Source: Candidatus Bathyarchaeia archaeon (GTDB lineage: Archaea; Thermoproteota; Bathyarchaeia; Bathyarchaeales; Bathycorpusculaceae). Taken from it: a stretch of 64,000 nt of DNA. Below the pieces are notes generated by a model, which saw only the letters and a program-made list of their open reading frames with translations, was not told the DNA's origin and did not search any database. The translations under genes and the position numbers were made by a program. Positions 30,047 to 41,039 of this stretch are shown in pieces; positions within the stretch are counted from its first letter, which is position 1; every line of letters begins with the position of its first letter. The DNA is taken from contig JBEKHN010000006.1 of NCBI GenBank assembly GCA_050012255.1, forward strand, positions 45,454 to 109,453, written 5' to 3'.

Positions 30047-31798
30047 TCATTTTTGAGCGAAATAGGCTGTTAACCCATTGTTGATTTCGTCAACTCTGAC
30101 AAAACCGAACCGTTCAAACTGTATTATGTCGTTCGGCTTCAACTTCTTACAAGCGCTCTCTGCCACTCCTTCTGCCACGCTTGCGTCAGGCATGACGACC
30201 CGGCAAGGCACGTCGTGTCCTATGAGCACCCAGTGGATCAGCTGAGCCTTAACCTTTCTTGCATCTTCGTAGGACTCGCTGACGAAAAGGCTTTGAGCTG
30301 AATACACGTTTGCGTTCTCGATCTTTACGTTGAACAATTCCATCAGGCGAAGCATCGCGCCCACGCTTGATGAGTCGACGTCTTTCTTCGAAACCCATAG
30401 AGTCACGCGGCATTCTTCGCCCTGGGGCTGCACCGTGTATTCTCTGAACCCTCTGCCAGACTCGTCTGGATGCAGCTTGAGCCTAGCTTCAAAAAGCTTC
30501 GGGACTCTTCTGACCGTTAGCTCTATTGGGTTATTCACGAAAAAGTACCTATCAGCGGTTGGATCCAATATCTTGCGGTTGTACGCGTAGAGGTTTTCCC
30601 AGCTCAGAGTGACATCCGAAGTCTTCGGCCCGATATCGATAATCATCTTCTTGATCGCATCAGGCTTTATTCCACGCCTTCGTAAGGCGACAAAAGTTGC
30701 CAAGCGCGGGTCATCCCAAGCCTTGTACAGCCCGTCCCGCATTCCTTGAACTATCTTTGACTTGCTCAGAGACGCCCCCGTGATCTTCAATCTTCCATAG
30801 TGTATGGACTCCGGATAATTCCAGCCTAGATGCCGATACATGTACTCTTGGCGAGCCTGATTTGTCAGGTGCTCCTTCCCCCGGATGATGTGGGTTATGC
30901 CAATTAGGTGGTCATCCACACCGCTTGCAAGGTTGTAAAGCGGCCAAACCCTGTACTTGCTTCCAACCCTTGGATGTGGATACTTCAGAGTGTCAATGAC
31001 TCGAAGCGCAGGCCAGTCTCGAACCGCGGGGTTCGGGTGGTCCAAGTCTGTTTTGACTCGAACAACAGCTTCACCCTCTCTGTAGCCCCCGTCCAGCATC
31101 CGTCTCCATCGTTCAAAATGCTCTTCAACTGAAAGGTTGCGGCAATCGCATGGCCTTTGAGCAAGTATTCTCTTTCGAAACTCTTCCGGTTTGCACGTGC
31201 AGACGTACGCGTTTCCATCCCTGACCAGTCTTTCAGCGTGCTCGTAGTAAATCGGAATTCTGTCGCTTTGAATGTACTCCTCGTCGGGTTTACAACCAAG
31301 CCAAGCCAGGTCCTCCCTGATATCGTCATAGAATTCTAAGACGGGCCTTTTCAGCTTCGGGTCCGTGTCCTCAAAGCGAAGAACAAACTTGCCCTTGTAC
31401 ATCAGCGCATACTCATGGCACAGTACAATCGCTCTGGCTGAGCCCAAGTGCAGTACACAGTCAGGGTTAGGCGCATAACGAGTGACTACCTGCGGATAAT
31501 TGGAAACGTTCGGCAGAGGCGGAAGACGTTTTTCTTCAGCCTTCTCCTTGACAAAGGCTTCTGGCCACTCTGTGTCGACCATGCGCTTCTGCTCATCCGG
31601 TGAAAGACCGTTGACCTCTTCAACGATTTCATTGATGAGAGCCGATACTTCCTTAACCTTGTCTCTATATTCTGGTCTTTCACCCAGTATCTTTCCAACA
31701 ACCGCGCCCGTCTGCGCCTTGCCACCATGCTTAACAGCGTTCAACAGGGCGAACTTGCGAACAAGTTTTCGGAGCCCTGCTTCTTCTCCTAGATTCAA
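30047..31798 (-). CDS. gltX: Glutamate--tRNA ligase
   Basis: RYAPNP..HLGS, RFEDTDP, LSKS, QFERFGF. Confidence 0.96.
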   Translation of the reverse strand: MNLGEEAGLRKLVRKFALLNAVKHGGKAQTGAVVGKILGERPEYRDKVKEVSALINEIVEEVNGLSPDEQKRMVDTEWPEAFVKEKAEEKRLPPLPNVSNYPQVVTRYAPNPDCVLHLGSARAIVLCHEYALMYKGKFVLRFEDTDPKLKRPVLEFYDDIREDLAWLGCKPDEEYIQSDRIPIYYEHAERLVRDGNAYVCTCKPEEFRKRILAQRPCDCRNLSVEEHFERWRRMLDGGYREGEAVVRVKTDLDHPNPAVRDWPALRVIDTLKYPHPRVGSKYRVWPLYNLASGVDDHLIGITHIIRGKEHLTNQARQEYMYRHLGWNYPESIHYGRLKITGASLSKSKIVQGMRDGLYKAWDDPRLATFVALRRRGIKPDAIKKMIIDIGPKTSDVTLSWENLYAYNRKILDPTADRYFFVNNPIELTVRRVPKLFEARLKLHPDESGRGFREYTVQPQGEECRVTLWVSKKDVDSSSVGAMLRLMELFNVKIENANVYSAQSLFVSESYEDARKVKAQLIHWVLIGHDVPCRVVMPDASVAEGVAESACKKLKPNDIIQFERFGFVRVDEINNGLTAYFAQK

Positions 31799-31810
31799 CA
31801 GTTCTACACT

Positions 31811-32881
31811 CTAGATTTTTCTCTCGATCAAGAAGACTGCGAAGGCTTTTAGTTTTTCCTTTCCCGCTGAGGGGGGCAGTAACATCTCGACCTCACTCCA
31901 GCTTTCTTTGACCATTCTTCTTGCCACCTGCTTCGCGTATTCTGTTGAGTCGTACTTCAGCATTATGGCGATAGCAGCGTCTCTCAAATCCTGATGTGAA
32001 GTGTGCATTTCTAGAATTTCAGTGAGTTTCTTCCTATCCTGGGTTTGTGCAACCTTCAATGCGTGGATTACTGGTAAGCTCCTCTTCCCCTCTGTTATGT
32101 CCTGCCCTCTTCCACCTTTCTTTTCCCCGAACTTCTCGCTGGTCAAGTCTAGAACGTCATCTTGTATCTGAAAAGCCACCCCTATGCTCTCTGCAAAAAT
32201 TCCAAGCTTTTCGACGAGTTCATCACTCGCATCAGCCAGAACACTCGCGATCTTTGCTGCCATTCTTGCCAGAGTTCCCGTCTTGTAGGCGCACATCTGC
32301 AGGTAGTCCTTTTCGTCGATTGTGTCAGCGTCTGCTAAGCCTCTGTGCCAGGCTATGTCCATGGCTTGGCCGAGACTTACGTTGATCATTTCTTGAGCGT
32401 AGATCTCGTAGATCCTGCTGATTTTTTGAGGTGATAGCTTCTGGTTTTTTTCCATCAGTGGAAGAAGTGGCAGGTAGTACATGGCGTTTCCGGCGTTTAT
32501 GGCCACGTCGAGCCCGAAGATTTTGTAGGTGCAAGGTTTTCCCCTTCTGTATTCGGATGAATCCTCTATGTCGTCGACCATGAGGGTTCCGTTATGAATG
32601 ACTTCTGGTATGATGGCATAGTCAGCGTAGTCCTCTGGGTCTTTGCCTAATGCTTCGCAGACCAGTAGGAACATGGTCGGCCGCCATCTTTTGCCGCCTC
32701 TGTCAAGAAATTCCCATATAGGGTCTGCGACTGCCTTGTTCAAGGCTTCCAAGTTGTACGAGTATCTTGGTGGACTCAGTTTGAACAGAACGGCGTTCTT
32801 GGAGAATACTCTTGGAACGTATTTTTCAACGGCCTTGTTTATCAAAGGGGCCTTTTCTCGAAGAATTTCTTCAATGTCCAT
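31811..32881 (-). CDS. Polyprenyl (geranylgeranyl) diphosphate synthase
   Basis: GGKRWRP, DDIED..RRG, FQIQDDVLD. Confidence 0.93.
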   Translation of the reverse strand: MDIEEILREKAPLINKAVEKYVPRVFSKNAVLFKLSPPRYSYNLEALNKAVADPIWEFLDRGGKRWRPTMFLLVCEALGKDPEDYADYAIIPEVIHNGTLMVDDIEDSSEYRRGKPCTYKIFGLDVAINAGNAMYYLPLLPLMEKNQKLSPQKISRIYEIYAQEMINVSLGQAMDIAWHRGLADADTIDEKDYLQMCAYKTGTLARMAAKIASVLADASDELVEKLGIFAESIGVAFQIQDDVLDLTSEKFGEKKGGRGQDITEGKRSLPVIHALKVAQTQDRKKLTEILEMHTSHQDLRDAAIAIMLKYDSTEYAKQVARRMVKESWSEVEMLLPPSAGKEKLKAFAVFLIERKI

Positions 32882-32883
32882 GC

Positions 32884-33987
32884 TTAAGCCTTCTGTCTCC
32901 GCGCGTAGTTTTCAGTCCCGTAGCCCCTCGTGCGAAGCCATTCTGAGGTCTTGCCTTTTATCACAATTGGTGCTCTGCGCAGTGATTCGGTCGAACCTGC
33001 TCCAACAAGGAACATGACATTTTTCAACTCGTCCATGAGGAGGGAAAGCGTTTTGCATGTTTCTTTGACTCCTTTAACTGCTGATTGCAGAATTGGCTGG
33101 GAAAGGCTTGCCAAGCTGGCGCCCAGCGCGAAACTCTTCGCAGCATCCACTCCGCTGCGTATTCCTCCGGAAGCGATGACGGGTATACTGACAGATTGAG
33201 ACACTTCAACAATGCTTGCCACGGTTGGGATTCCCCAGTCCCAGAAGACGGCGCCTAGCCTGCGCTTTGAACTGCTCTCGAGCCCTTCTGCACGGTAGTA
33301 TTCGACGGCTGCGAAGCTTGTGCCGCCTGTTCCGCTCACGTCTATGCCTTTCACGCCCACGTTCTCAAGCTTCTTGGCCTCTTCAGCAGCTATGCCGGCG
33401 CCTGTCTCCTTTGCAATAACCGGCTTGTCTAATTCTTGAGCGACCTCCCCTATGCGTTCGAGAACGCCTCGAAAGTTTGTTTGGCCCTCGGGCTGGGCAG
33501 TCTCCTGGAGCGCGTTTAGGTGTATTGCCAAGGCGTCTGCTTCGATCATTTCCACGGCTCTTTTTGCTTCTTTCAAGCCATAGCCGTTGACAAGTTGCAC
33601 ACCACCGATGTTTGCGATGAGGAAGGCGTTTGGAGCTTTTTCCCTAACTACCGCGAAGGTCTTCTCAAGTCTTTTATCCTCTATCGCTGCGCGTTGACTT
33701 CCTACACCCATTCCCAAGCCCAGCTCTTCGACTGCTTCGGCTATCGTTGCGTTGATCTTTCCGGCCTCGCGGGTTCCACCCGTTATTGCTCCTGCAATCA
33801 ATGGCGCGGTAAACCTGTGGCCGAAAACCACGGTGGAGAGGTCTATTCTTTTCCGGTCAACTTCAGGCAGGGCCTTGTGCACGAAGCTTATGTCCTCGAA
33901 ACCTGTGGTTACGCTCTTTGCTTGAACGTTCTGGTTCAATGAGATTTTGATGTGCTCTGACTTTCGCTTCGCTGTTTCTTTTGACAA
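32884..33987 (-). CDS. fni: Type 2 isopentenyl-diphosphate isomerase
   Basis: RKSEH, TGG, GVGSQR, HLN..QE..QPEG, KETG, GGTSF. Confidence 0.96.
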   Translation of the reverse strand: MSKETAKRKSEHIKISLNQNVQAKSVTTGFEDISFVHKALPEVDRKRIDLSTVVFGHRFTAPLIAGAITGGTREAGKINATIAEAVEELGLGMGVGSQRAAIEDKRLEKTFAVVREKAPNAFLIANIGGVQLVNGYGLKEAKRAVEMIEADALAIHLNALQETAQPEGQTNFRGVLERIGEVAQELDKPVIAKETGAGIAAEEAKKLENVGVKGIDVSGTGGTSFAAVEYYRAEGLESSSKRRLGAVFWDWGIPTVASIVEVSQSVSIPVIASGGIRSGVDAAKSFALGASLASLSQPILQSAVKGVKETCKTLSLLMDELKNVMFLVGAGSTESLRRAPIVIKGKTSEWLRTRGYGTENYARRQKA

Positions 33988-33991
33988 GACT

Positions 33992-34792
33992 CTATTCCTT
34001 CTCTATTACCGTACCCTTTACTGCTTCTCTTTCAAGGGCCTTGTAAACGTAACGGGGTTTTGATGCGTTGACAACGGTAACCGGAATGTTCAGTTCGACA
34101 GCTGGTATGAGCTCCGCCATTTTACCGAACATGCCGCCGGTGACGTCGCAGGCCGTTGCCTTGCCCAGCTTGCCTTGAAGACCCTTCAGCTCTTCGAGTG
34201 TCAGATGGTCCAGCATCTTCGCGGTTTTTACAAGTTTCGGGTCCGCATCATACACTCCGTCAACGTCGACTCCGATTATTATGCGGGCTGCCTCGAACCG
34301 TATAGCAAGCGTTGAGACAAGCTGGTCGCCCGACAGCACCGTGAAACCTAGCTTTGTGTCCAACACGGCGTCTCCGTAGAGGACGGGTGTGAAGCCCATC
34401 TTCAACAGCGACTTTACCGAGGCATCCTCGAACTGTTTGATTCTTCCGTTTTCTGTGATTATGCATGATAATGGTGTCACGCTTACTGCTGGCAAGTCGT
34501 GCCAAATGAGAGAATCCATGAACAAGCCGTTGAGCACAGTCATGTAGTGATGAGTAACGGAGAAACCGACCTTCTGTGACTCTTCTTTGTAACCTTCCTT
34601 TATCGCATACTCTTCCGCTGAGGGATGACCGAAGCTTCCGCCTCCGTGGACGATTATCAGGTTTTGCACGCGAGCCCCGTGTATCTCACTTGCCAGACGG
34701 TTTATCTCATCCGTCTTAGCGGCAAGCTGCCCTTCCTTGTCTGTTATCACTGAACCGCCGATTTTCAGGATCGTAGGTTTAAGGCTGCTCAA
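33992..34792 (-). CDS. ipk: Isopentenyl phosphate kinase
   Basis: KIGGSVITDK, HGGGSFGH, SGD, DVTGGM; lies between mvk and fni. Confidence 0.92.
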   Translation of the reverse strand: MSSLKPTILKIGGSVITDKEGQLAAKTDEINRLASEIHGARVQNLIIVHGGGSFGHPSAEEYAIKEGYKEESQKVGFSVTHHYMTVLNGLFMDSLIWHDLPAVSVTPLSCIITENGRIKQFEDASVKSLLKMGFTPVLYGDAVLDTKLGFTVLSGDQLVSTLAIRFEAARIIIGVDVDGVYDADPKLVKTAKMLDHLTLEELKGLQGKLGKATACDVTGGMFGKMAELIPAVELNIPVTVVNASKPRYVYKALEREAVKGTVIEKE

Positions 34793-35762
34793 CCCTTACG
34801 CCCTCGTCTGTTTTTCTAGCCTTGAAAGGTCTGCCTCCAGCCCTCATGATTCCCTGCAAAACATCCTCAAGCTTGTCATCTTCGGCCAAAGCAATCATGC
34901 ATCCGCCTCCGCCTGCTCCAGTCAGTTTCGCCCCCAGAGCTCCTGATTTTTTCGCCGCGTTTATCAGCCATTCAAGCGATTCATCGGAGACACCCACTCC
35001 GTAGAGCAGGGCATGATTGATGTTCATAAGGTCCCCAAGAGTCTTCAGGTCGTTCGCTCTTAAGGCATCTATGGCTCTGAGCACGATTTCCCGCGCAGCC
35101 TTCCTTATAGGTTCAGCGATCCGCGGATAGTTGTCCATCAAGTTTCGCACTTTTTCAACCTGAACTCTCGTGGACCTTTCAACACCGGTGTTTCCGACGA
35201 CCAAGGGAATGTCTGTTTTTACTTCAAGAGCCTTGAACCCTGTGTCCGTTTGAAACAGGAGGGCTCCACCGAAAGTAGCTATCGCCGGGTCCACGCCTGA
35301 AGGTGTGCCGTGCACAAGCTTCTCAGCTTCGAGGGCAACACGGAAAACGTCTTCCTTCGACATTTTCACGTTCAGAAGAGCGCCAACCGCCGCAGTTACA
35401 GCGGTCACCACTGCGGCAGAAGACCCAAGACCGGCAGCAACAGGCACGGTTGAGTTGATCTCGATGTCCAGACCGATATCGCTTTTGTGTGCAGCCAGGA
35501 CTTTTTCCACGGCCAACTTGACTGGCTCAAACCTCAACCTGGCTTCTCTCACGTCTCCCTGTTCAACCTTAAAGACTCCGTCTTCAAAGTAGCCTTTCAG
35601 GTTCAGGTTTGCCGACCGGACGTGGACGCGTTTGTCCTCGCTGCGATCCACCGTTGCGTAGGCTCTCCTGTCTATGGCCAAAACAATCGCGGGCTCGCCG
35701 TAGACTACGAAGTGTTCTCCGAAAAGTATGACTTTTGCTGGAGCTGAGGCAACGACCCTCAT
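34779..35762 (-). CDS. mvk: Mevalonate kinase
   Basis: KVILFGEHFVVYG, GLGSSAA, HGTPSGVD, KLTGAGGGG. Confidence 0.96.
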   Translation of the reverse strand: MRVVASAPAKVILFGEHFVVYGEPAIVLAIDRRAYATVDRSEDKRVHVRSANLNLKGYFEDGVFKVEQGDVREARLRFEPVKLAVEKVLAAHKSDIGLDIEINSTVPVAAGLGSSAAVVTAVTAAVGALLNVKMSKEDVFRVALEAEKLVHGTPSGVDPAIATFGGALLFQTDTGFKALEVKTDIPLVVGNTGVERSTRVQVEKVRNLMDNYPRIAEPIRKAAREIVLRAIDALRANDLKTLGDLMNINHALLYGVGVSDESLEWLINAAKKSGALGAKLTGAGGGGCMIALAEDDKLEDVLQGIMRAGGRPFKARKTDEGVRVEQP

Positions 35763-35771
35763 CCTAGACCA

Positions 35772-36623
35772 CTATTTTGTGAAACACACGGCGGCGTACC
35801 CAACGACGCTTGAGTAGTCGCCAATCACATCTCCACTGGTCTTATAGCATAATAATTTTGCCTCTTTTGCCCCCAACACCTTTGCGGCACTTATTAGGGC
35901 CGCTATTGGCCCAACGCCGCACGCGCTGATTTGATGAGACTCGACGGTTGAGATGAAACGGGCTTCATCCATTGCCTCCACTCCTTCAAGCGCTTTTCTG
36001 TCCTTTCTTTCGGCGATTTCCTGAGGCTCGTAGTGAGTCATGTCGGAAGAAGCTATGATAACAGCGTTCTTCTGAGAGGCAACCTTCGCCACGGCCTCTC
36101 CCACTTCTCTTGCTGAGGACAAATCCTGCATTAGGAAACAGATCGGCACGATCTTGAATTCTGAACGATAAAGATACTGGAGAAATGGAAGCTGAACCTC
36201 GATTGAATGTTCATAATTGTGGGCAGAATCATCGATGTCAATGATTCGAGAATCTCGTGCGACTTGATCGGCTGCTTCACCGTCAACTTCAACGTCGCCC
36301 AGCGGCGTGCGCCAAGAACCCTCGTTCACGATGGCCAAGCCGCTTCCCACTCCTGTGTGGTTCGGTCCGAAAAGGAACACAACATCCGGTTTGCCGTCAA
36401 CAGACAGACGGTAATAGGCGTGAGCGGCAACGGGGCCTGAAAACATGTAACCAGCGTGCGGACAGATGAGGCCTACAACTCGCCTAGGCCCAGTCGTCAC
36501 AACTTCTGGAAGCTCTCCGGGCCCGAGCCTGCTGAGGAAGCACCCTTCTATCTGGCGCCTCAGCGGTTCAGCCTTCGCCTCGTAGAACGCTCCGGCTTGG
36601 CATGGACGCCGAACCCCTCCCAT
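35772..36623 (-). CDS. MEMO1 family protein (AmmeMemoRadiSam B)
   Basis: AGAFY, PHAGYMFSG, GPNH, EHSIEVQLPF, SSDMTHY, VGY. Confidence 0.93.
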   Translation of the reverse strand: MGGVRRPCQAGAFYEAKAEPLRRQIEGCFLSRLGPGELPEVVTTGPRRVVGLICPHAGYMFSGPVAAHAYYRLSVDGKPDVVFLFGPNHTGVGSGLAIVNEGSWRTPLGDVEVDGEAADQVARDSRIIDIDDSAHNYEHSIEVQLPFLQYLYRSEFKIVPICFLMQDLSSAREVGEAVAKVASQKNAVIIASSDMTHYEPQEIAERKDRKALEGVEAMDEARFISTVESHQISACGVGPIAALISAAKVLGAKEAKLLCYKTSGDVIGDYSSVVGYAAVCFTK

Positions 36624-36627
36624 CCTG

Positions 36628-37377
36628 TTAGGTTTCCTCCTCCTCCCTCGTGATCTTGGCTTCAAAATCATCAAGCGTAAGAGGTAAATCCTTGTCAGCG
36701 GCCAGTTCACCGCGTTCCCTCAGCACCTGCCTTGCAAGGAGCCAGTAGATGACGGCCAAGGCTCGCCTACCCTTGTTGTTTGTGGGAACAACAAAGTCGA
36801 CCCCTACAAACTCGTTGTCCGTGCTGCACAAGGCCACGACTGGTATGCCGACGGCGGACGCCTCCTTAACTGCCTGAAGATCTGCCCTCGGGTCGGACAC
36901 TATCAACACGTCCGGTTCAATGCGGTTAGGATACAACGGGTTTGACAAGAGCCCAGGGATGAACCTTCCAGCCACTGCAGTTGCTCCAGTAACCTTACAG
37001 AACTTGGTAACAGGCTCTTGCGCGTAAAGCCTAGCCGCCACCGCAGCGATTTTTGCAGGCTCGAACCGAGCTAGGAATTTAGCTGCCACCCGTATTCGAT
37101 CATCTGTCTTCTTGACATCCAAAACGAAAAGTCCGTCAGGCCTCACGCGGTATATGAATTGTTCCATGTCTCCTGTTTTCATTCTTGTCCCGATGTGTAC
37201 CCCAGCAGACAGCAAGGTATCCTGTGGCAGAAGAAGCTCTTCTTCAGGGGCCACCACCTCGGTTGTTCCTGCTGCCTCCGCGTTCTCTGCAGGTTTTACT
37301 TCTTCCTTCATCTCGTCCTGCTTGTCTTCTTCTTCATTTCCTTCTTTGATTTCTTCGTCTTCTGACAAACCTTTCAT
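36628..37377 (-). CDS. rps2: 30S ribosomal protein S2 with acidic N-terminal extension
   Basis: GVHIGT, GRFIPG, DP..D.QAVKEA, PTNNKG. Confidence 0.96.
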   Translation of the reverse strand: MKGLSEDEEIKEGNEEEDKQDEMKEEVKPAENAEAAGTTEVVAPEEELLLPQDTLLSAGVHIGTRMKTGDMEQFIYRVRPDGLFVLDVKKTDDRIRVAAKFLARFEPAKIAAVAARLYAQEPVTKFCKVTGATAVAGRFIPGLLSNPLYPNRIEPDVLIVSDPRADLQAVKEASAVGIPVVALCSTDNEFVGVDFVVPTNNKGRRALAVIYWLLARQVLRERGELAADKDLPLTLDDFEAKITREEEET

Positions 37378-38636
37378 GCTCCTTTCGAAACCTCTAGATC
37401 CGCCATTCTGGCTCTGTCTCCAAGAAACTCCTCGATCCTTATCAGCTCGTTTATCTTTGCCGTGCGTGCAGCCTCGACGACTCCAGCCTTTATCACTGGA
37501 CACTTATAAGCCACGGCCAGTTGGGCTATGTGCCAGTCGCACGTGTCACCCGAACGGTGGGACATCACTGGAACGTACCCGTGTCTTTTTGCCATTTCAA
37601 TCGTTTCCCAAGCATCAGAGAGAGTTCCCACTTGGTTCACCTTTATTATGATCGCGTTTGCCGCGTGCATCCTTATTCCACGATTAAGTCTTTCACTGTT
37701 TGTCGTGAAAAGGTCGTCTCCACAGACCAAGCAGCCCTTGATCTTCTTGGAGAGCTCTGCAAAGCTGCTAAAATCTTCCTCGTGAAAAGGGTCTTCAACG
37801 TAGACCAAGTGATACTTCTTGGCCAGTTCAAGAACAAACTCCAACTGTTCGCCTGAATCGCGCTTCTTCTTTTCCCTTTCGTAGTTGTATTTTTTCTCTT
37901 TGCCATTCCAGAGGGAAGACGATGCAAAATCGACGCCCATACTGCACACAAGACCCAGTTCGCCGCCTTTTTCCTCACAGGCCTGGGTCAAAACCTCGAA
38001 TGCCTCCGCGTCTCCTATGTTGGCGACCCAAGCCCCCTCATCACTTCTTCCGCCGCTGAAAAGCTTGTCCTTCTTGCTCAGTATTTCACCGACTTTCTTG
38101 TGAACCTGAACGTTTGCCGTAGCAGCTTCCAAGAAGGACTCAGCTCCGTGAGAAATCACCAGAAACTCTTGAATGTCCGGAGATTTTCCGCGCGTGTGTT
38201 GTCCACCGCTTAAAATGTTTCCCAATGGATAGGGAAGCTCACAGGCAACGTGTCCGCCTAAATATCGGAAGAGAAGAAGTCCGCTGGAGTTTGCGGCTGC
38301 CTCGGCACTGGCCAGTGAAACGGCGAAAGCAGCGTTGCCGCCGATCGACCTGAAGTCTTTTGAACCGTCGATTTCGTGCAGTGTATTGTCGATTTCTTCT
38401 TGGCAATCAGCGTTTAGCCCTATGATCTCTGGGGCTACAAGCTCTTCAACCCTTTTTATTGCCTGTTCAACCCCGCCCTGCGGATAGTAGACGACCTCCG
38501 CTTTTCCACGGCTCTTTCCGGCGGGCGCTGCGACTCTCCCGAAGCCTGAAGCGGTTATTACATCAACTTCTATAGTTTCCTCTCCCCGGTTGTTGAACAC
38601 TTTTCTTGCTATGACATCCTCAATCACAGCCGCCAT
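37374..38636 (-). CDS. eno: Enolase
   Basis: [33 protein letters not shown]. Confidence 0.93.
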   Translation of the reverse strand: MAAVIEDVIARKVFNNRGEETIEVDVITASGFGRVAAPAGKSRGKAEVVYYPQGGVEQAIKRVEELVAPEIIGLNADCQEEIDNTLHEIDGSKDFRSIGGNAAFAVSLASAEAAANSSGLLLFRYLGGHVACELPYPLGNILSGGQHTRGKSPDIQEFLVISHGAESFLEAATANVQVHKKVGEILSKKDKLFSGGRSDEGAWVANIGDAEAFEVLTQACEEKGGELGLVCSMGVDFASSSLWNGKEKKYNYEREKKKRDSGEQLEFVLELAKKYHLVYVEDPFHEEDFSSFAELSKKIKGCLVCGDDLFTTNSERLNRGIRMHAANAIIIKVNQVGTLSDAWETIEMAKRHGYVPVMSHRSGDTCDWHIAQLAVAYKCPVIKAGVVEAARTAKINELIRIEEFLGDRARMADLEVSKGA

Positions 38637-38659
38637 TGCTTTCTCCTCGATTGTCCTCG

Positions 38660-38887
38660 CTAGTAGTTTCTTGCCTCTTTCCGTTTTTCAGCCTCTTCAC
38701 AAAAGCGCAGGACTTCGTCCAAAATCTCCACGTGCGACAGTAGCATGCGCCTGCAGCAGTAGCGTGTTACTCCCAGGTTGTCCAGCACTTCACCGGCGTT
38801 TTCACCCGCTTTGACTCTTCTGGCAAATTCTTCCCATTTGTCCCCGATCAGTTTGCCACACGTGAAACATCTTACAGGGATGATCAA
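38660..38887 (-). CDS. rpoN: RNA polymerase subunit N (Rpo10)
   Basis: [15 protein letters not shown]. Confidence 0.97.
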   Translation of the reverse strand: MIIPVRCFTCGKLIGDKWEEFARRVKAGENAGEVLDNLGVTRYCCRRMLLSHVEILDEVLRFCEEAEKRKEARNY

Positions 38888-38902
38888 CCCGGTTCAACCT
38901 CT

Positions 38903-39313
38903 TTACCGGTAGCTCTTTTGGTCTCTCGACCGAGCGCCTGACCCGCCGAATTTTTTAGGCTCTTTCTTCCTGGAGTCTCCTGCAATCATTGTTCTGTCGT
39001 ATTCCGCGAAAAGAGTCCGTAAATGAGTGCTCTTAGTCCACTTCAATATCGCGTTAGCAATGGCCGTGCGGGCGGCCTCTGCCTGGCCCATGTAACCTCC
39101 CCCCGAGGTTTTCACGTCCAAGTCTAGCTGTTTCCAAATCTCATCTCCAGCCTGCATGAGCGGTTCCATCATCTTCTCACGCGCGATTTCGGGTTCAAAA
39201 ATCTCCAGGGGGATTCGGTTTACGTAGACTCTTCCAACCCCCGGTCTCACGACTACGCGTGAAAGGGCTGTTTTCCTCTTTCCGCTCACCACGAGAGTTT
39301 TCTTAGCTGGCAC
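38903..39313 (-). CDS. rps9: 30S ribosomal protein S9
   Basis: GKRKTA, GGG..GQAEA, KKFGG.GAR...QKSYR. Confidence 0.97.
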   Translation of the reverse strand: MPAKKTLVVSGKRKTALSRVVVRPGVGRVYVNRIPLEIFEPEIAREKMMEPLMQAGDEIWKQLDLDVKTSGGGYMGQAEAARTAIANAILKWTKSTHLRTLFAEYDRTMIAGDSRKKEPKKFGGSGARSRDQKSYR

Positions 39314-39315
39314 TC

Positions 39316-39759
39316 TTATTCACCCTGGTTCCACCCTATATCTTTCGCCAACTCGCCGACTGTGAAGCATGGGCATGTTAGCCTTTTTGCCTGAGCTTCG
39401 GGTACGGTTTCCATCTTCTGGTTTTTGAGGTCGTCCGGAATTCCTATAAACACTCTCAGCCGTTTGTACGCTTGTTTTCCCTTAGGTTTCTTTGACGGTA
39501 TCATGCCGCCGACGGTCTTTCTGACTATTCTGTCAGGTCGCCTGTAGTGGAATGGTCCCCGGTTAACACCTCCCACCGCCAGAAATTCTTTGGCTTCGGC
39601 TACTTTGCTTCTTTTTCTTCCGGACATCACCGCTTTCTCAGCGTTCACAATGACTATTTCCTCACCGGTCAACAGACGTTTGGCAATTTTGCTTGCCATC
39701 CTGCCCAGTATCAGCCCGTCAGCATTCACTACAGTGACAGGTTTACTAGTTGTCTCCAT
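39316..39759 (-). CDS. rpl13: 50S ribosomal protein L13
   Basis: ILGRMAS, NAEKAV.SG, RPDRI...GMIP. Confidence 0.96.
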   Translation of the reverse strand: METTSKPVTVVNADGLILGRMASKIAKRLLTGEEIVIVNAEKAVMSGRKRSKVAEAKEFLAVGGVNRGPFHYRRPDRIVRKTVGGMIPSKKPKGKQAYKRLRVFIGIPDDLKNQKMETVPEAQAKRLTCPCFTVGELAKDIGWNQGE

Positions 39760-39763
39760 ATTT

Positions 39764-40126
39764 TCACCCAATAATCTTGACGTTTGACCCCTTAGGGTTT
39801 TTCTTGATAAGGTCGAAGAAGGACAAACACTTCCCCCTCGCAGCTGCTATCTTTTCCCTTGCCCTTGCAGAGAACGCAAACGCTGCTATCGTTACGGGAT
39901 GGCTTAATTTGCCCGTGGCAAGCACCTTGCCAGCAACGGCTACTGTCTCGCTCCTGCGCGTGAACCTGTTCAAGCGGCTCAGGTTCACGACGATGCCTCT
40001 TCTTCTTGGCTTGGCAAGACGATCGGCAACGTCCCACCAGATCTCAGCATCGTTTTCTCTGCATTGCTTCTTGAGGAAATTAATGACTTCCAAGAGTTCT
40101 GGGTTTGTGGCCTTAATCTTCTTCAC
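39764..40126 (-). CDS. rpl18e: 50S ribosomal protein L18e
   Basis: TNP, VNLSRLNR, GKVLA.G, FS..A.EKI, NPKG. Confidence 0.96.
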   Translation of the reverse strand: MKKIKATNPELLEVINFLKKQCRENDAEIWWDVADRLAKPRRRGIVVNLSRLNRFTRRSETVAVAGKVLATGKLSHPVTIAAFAFSARAREKIAAARGKCLSFFDLIKKNPKGSNVKIIG

Positions 40127-40934
40127 TTTTTTTCACCTTGATTTGATTCTCAAGCTCCTTCAGCTGCTTGTCCAGTGTCTTGACGGCTTCTGTGAGGATT
40201 CGTTCGGCAGGAAGTGCCTGTGTGGACTCGATATTGAATATGTAGGCATCTTCTTCTCCGGAAGCCGTTATTGCACGCGGGTTCTCTGGGCAAGCTTCAG
40301 CGCAGTCTTGGCAAAGTGTGCAAGCCATCAGGTCGCGGACTTCAATTCTGTTGTCAGTCTTGACCAAGACCTTCCTTGGACACATTTCCACGCATTTTCC
40401 GCAGACACTGCACTTCTTGCTTATCTCGATCTTGGGGAAGTACTTGTATGTGCACATTGAAACTGGCTGCCACTTTGCGTGATTTTTCCCTTTCCCAAGC
40501 CTGGCGTAGGCCTCAAGCCTTATTTTCTGCTCTTTGGCCAGTTTCACGATTGGAATCTTGTCGCTCACCGCTACAACCGATTCGCTCTCTGATTTAAGGT
40601 CGCCTGAATAGATTGTCTTAGACCCCTCCTTTGCTTCGACGTCAAGAGCAAGTGTCACCCTGCAGAGGTTGCATCCGAATTCGCTTTTGCATGGACATTC
40701 TTCGGGCAGGTTATAACTGTCCAAGTCGGTCTTAAGAGGAATAAGCCCAAGTCTGTGGGCGATGATCTCATCCTGAATTATCGACGAATTCTCAACCATC
40801 ACGATTTCGTCTATCGCCATGCATGGCACCTCTGAGAGCACTATCCTTCTCAGGGCGTTAACGTACGGAACGTTCACTCCTCGAATGAGCAGGCGCAGAT
40901 TGTCCTCGTCTTTCTTGAGCACCTTTATTTCCAC
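40113..40934 (-). CDS. rpoD: RNA polymerase subunit D with ferredoxin-like Fe-S insert
   Basis: NALRR, DEIIAHRLGLIPL, HAKW, CSVCGKCVEMCP and CTLCQDC. Confidence 0.96.
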   Translation of the reverse strand: MEIKVLKKDEDNLRLLIRGVNVPYVNALRRIVLSEVPCMAIDEIVMVENSSIIQDEIIAHRLGLIPLKTDLDSYNLPEECPCKSEFGCNLCRVTLALDVEAKEGSKTIYSGDLKSESESVVAVSDKIPIVKLAKEQKIRLEAYARLGKGKNHAKWQPVSMCTYKYFPKIEISKKCSVCGKCVEMCPRKVLVKTDNRIEVRDLMACTLCQDCAEACPENPRAITASGEEDAYIFNIESTQALPAERILTEAVKTLDKQLKELENQIKVKKSEED

Positions 40935-41039
40935 TTGCTTGGACACTCCATAACGGACTATGCTAACCAGCGTGCCGTTCAATAAGACATTGGTGCATTA
41001 TTTCAATTTTTCTATCAGGAGAAGAACAGCAGGAACCTC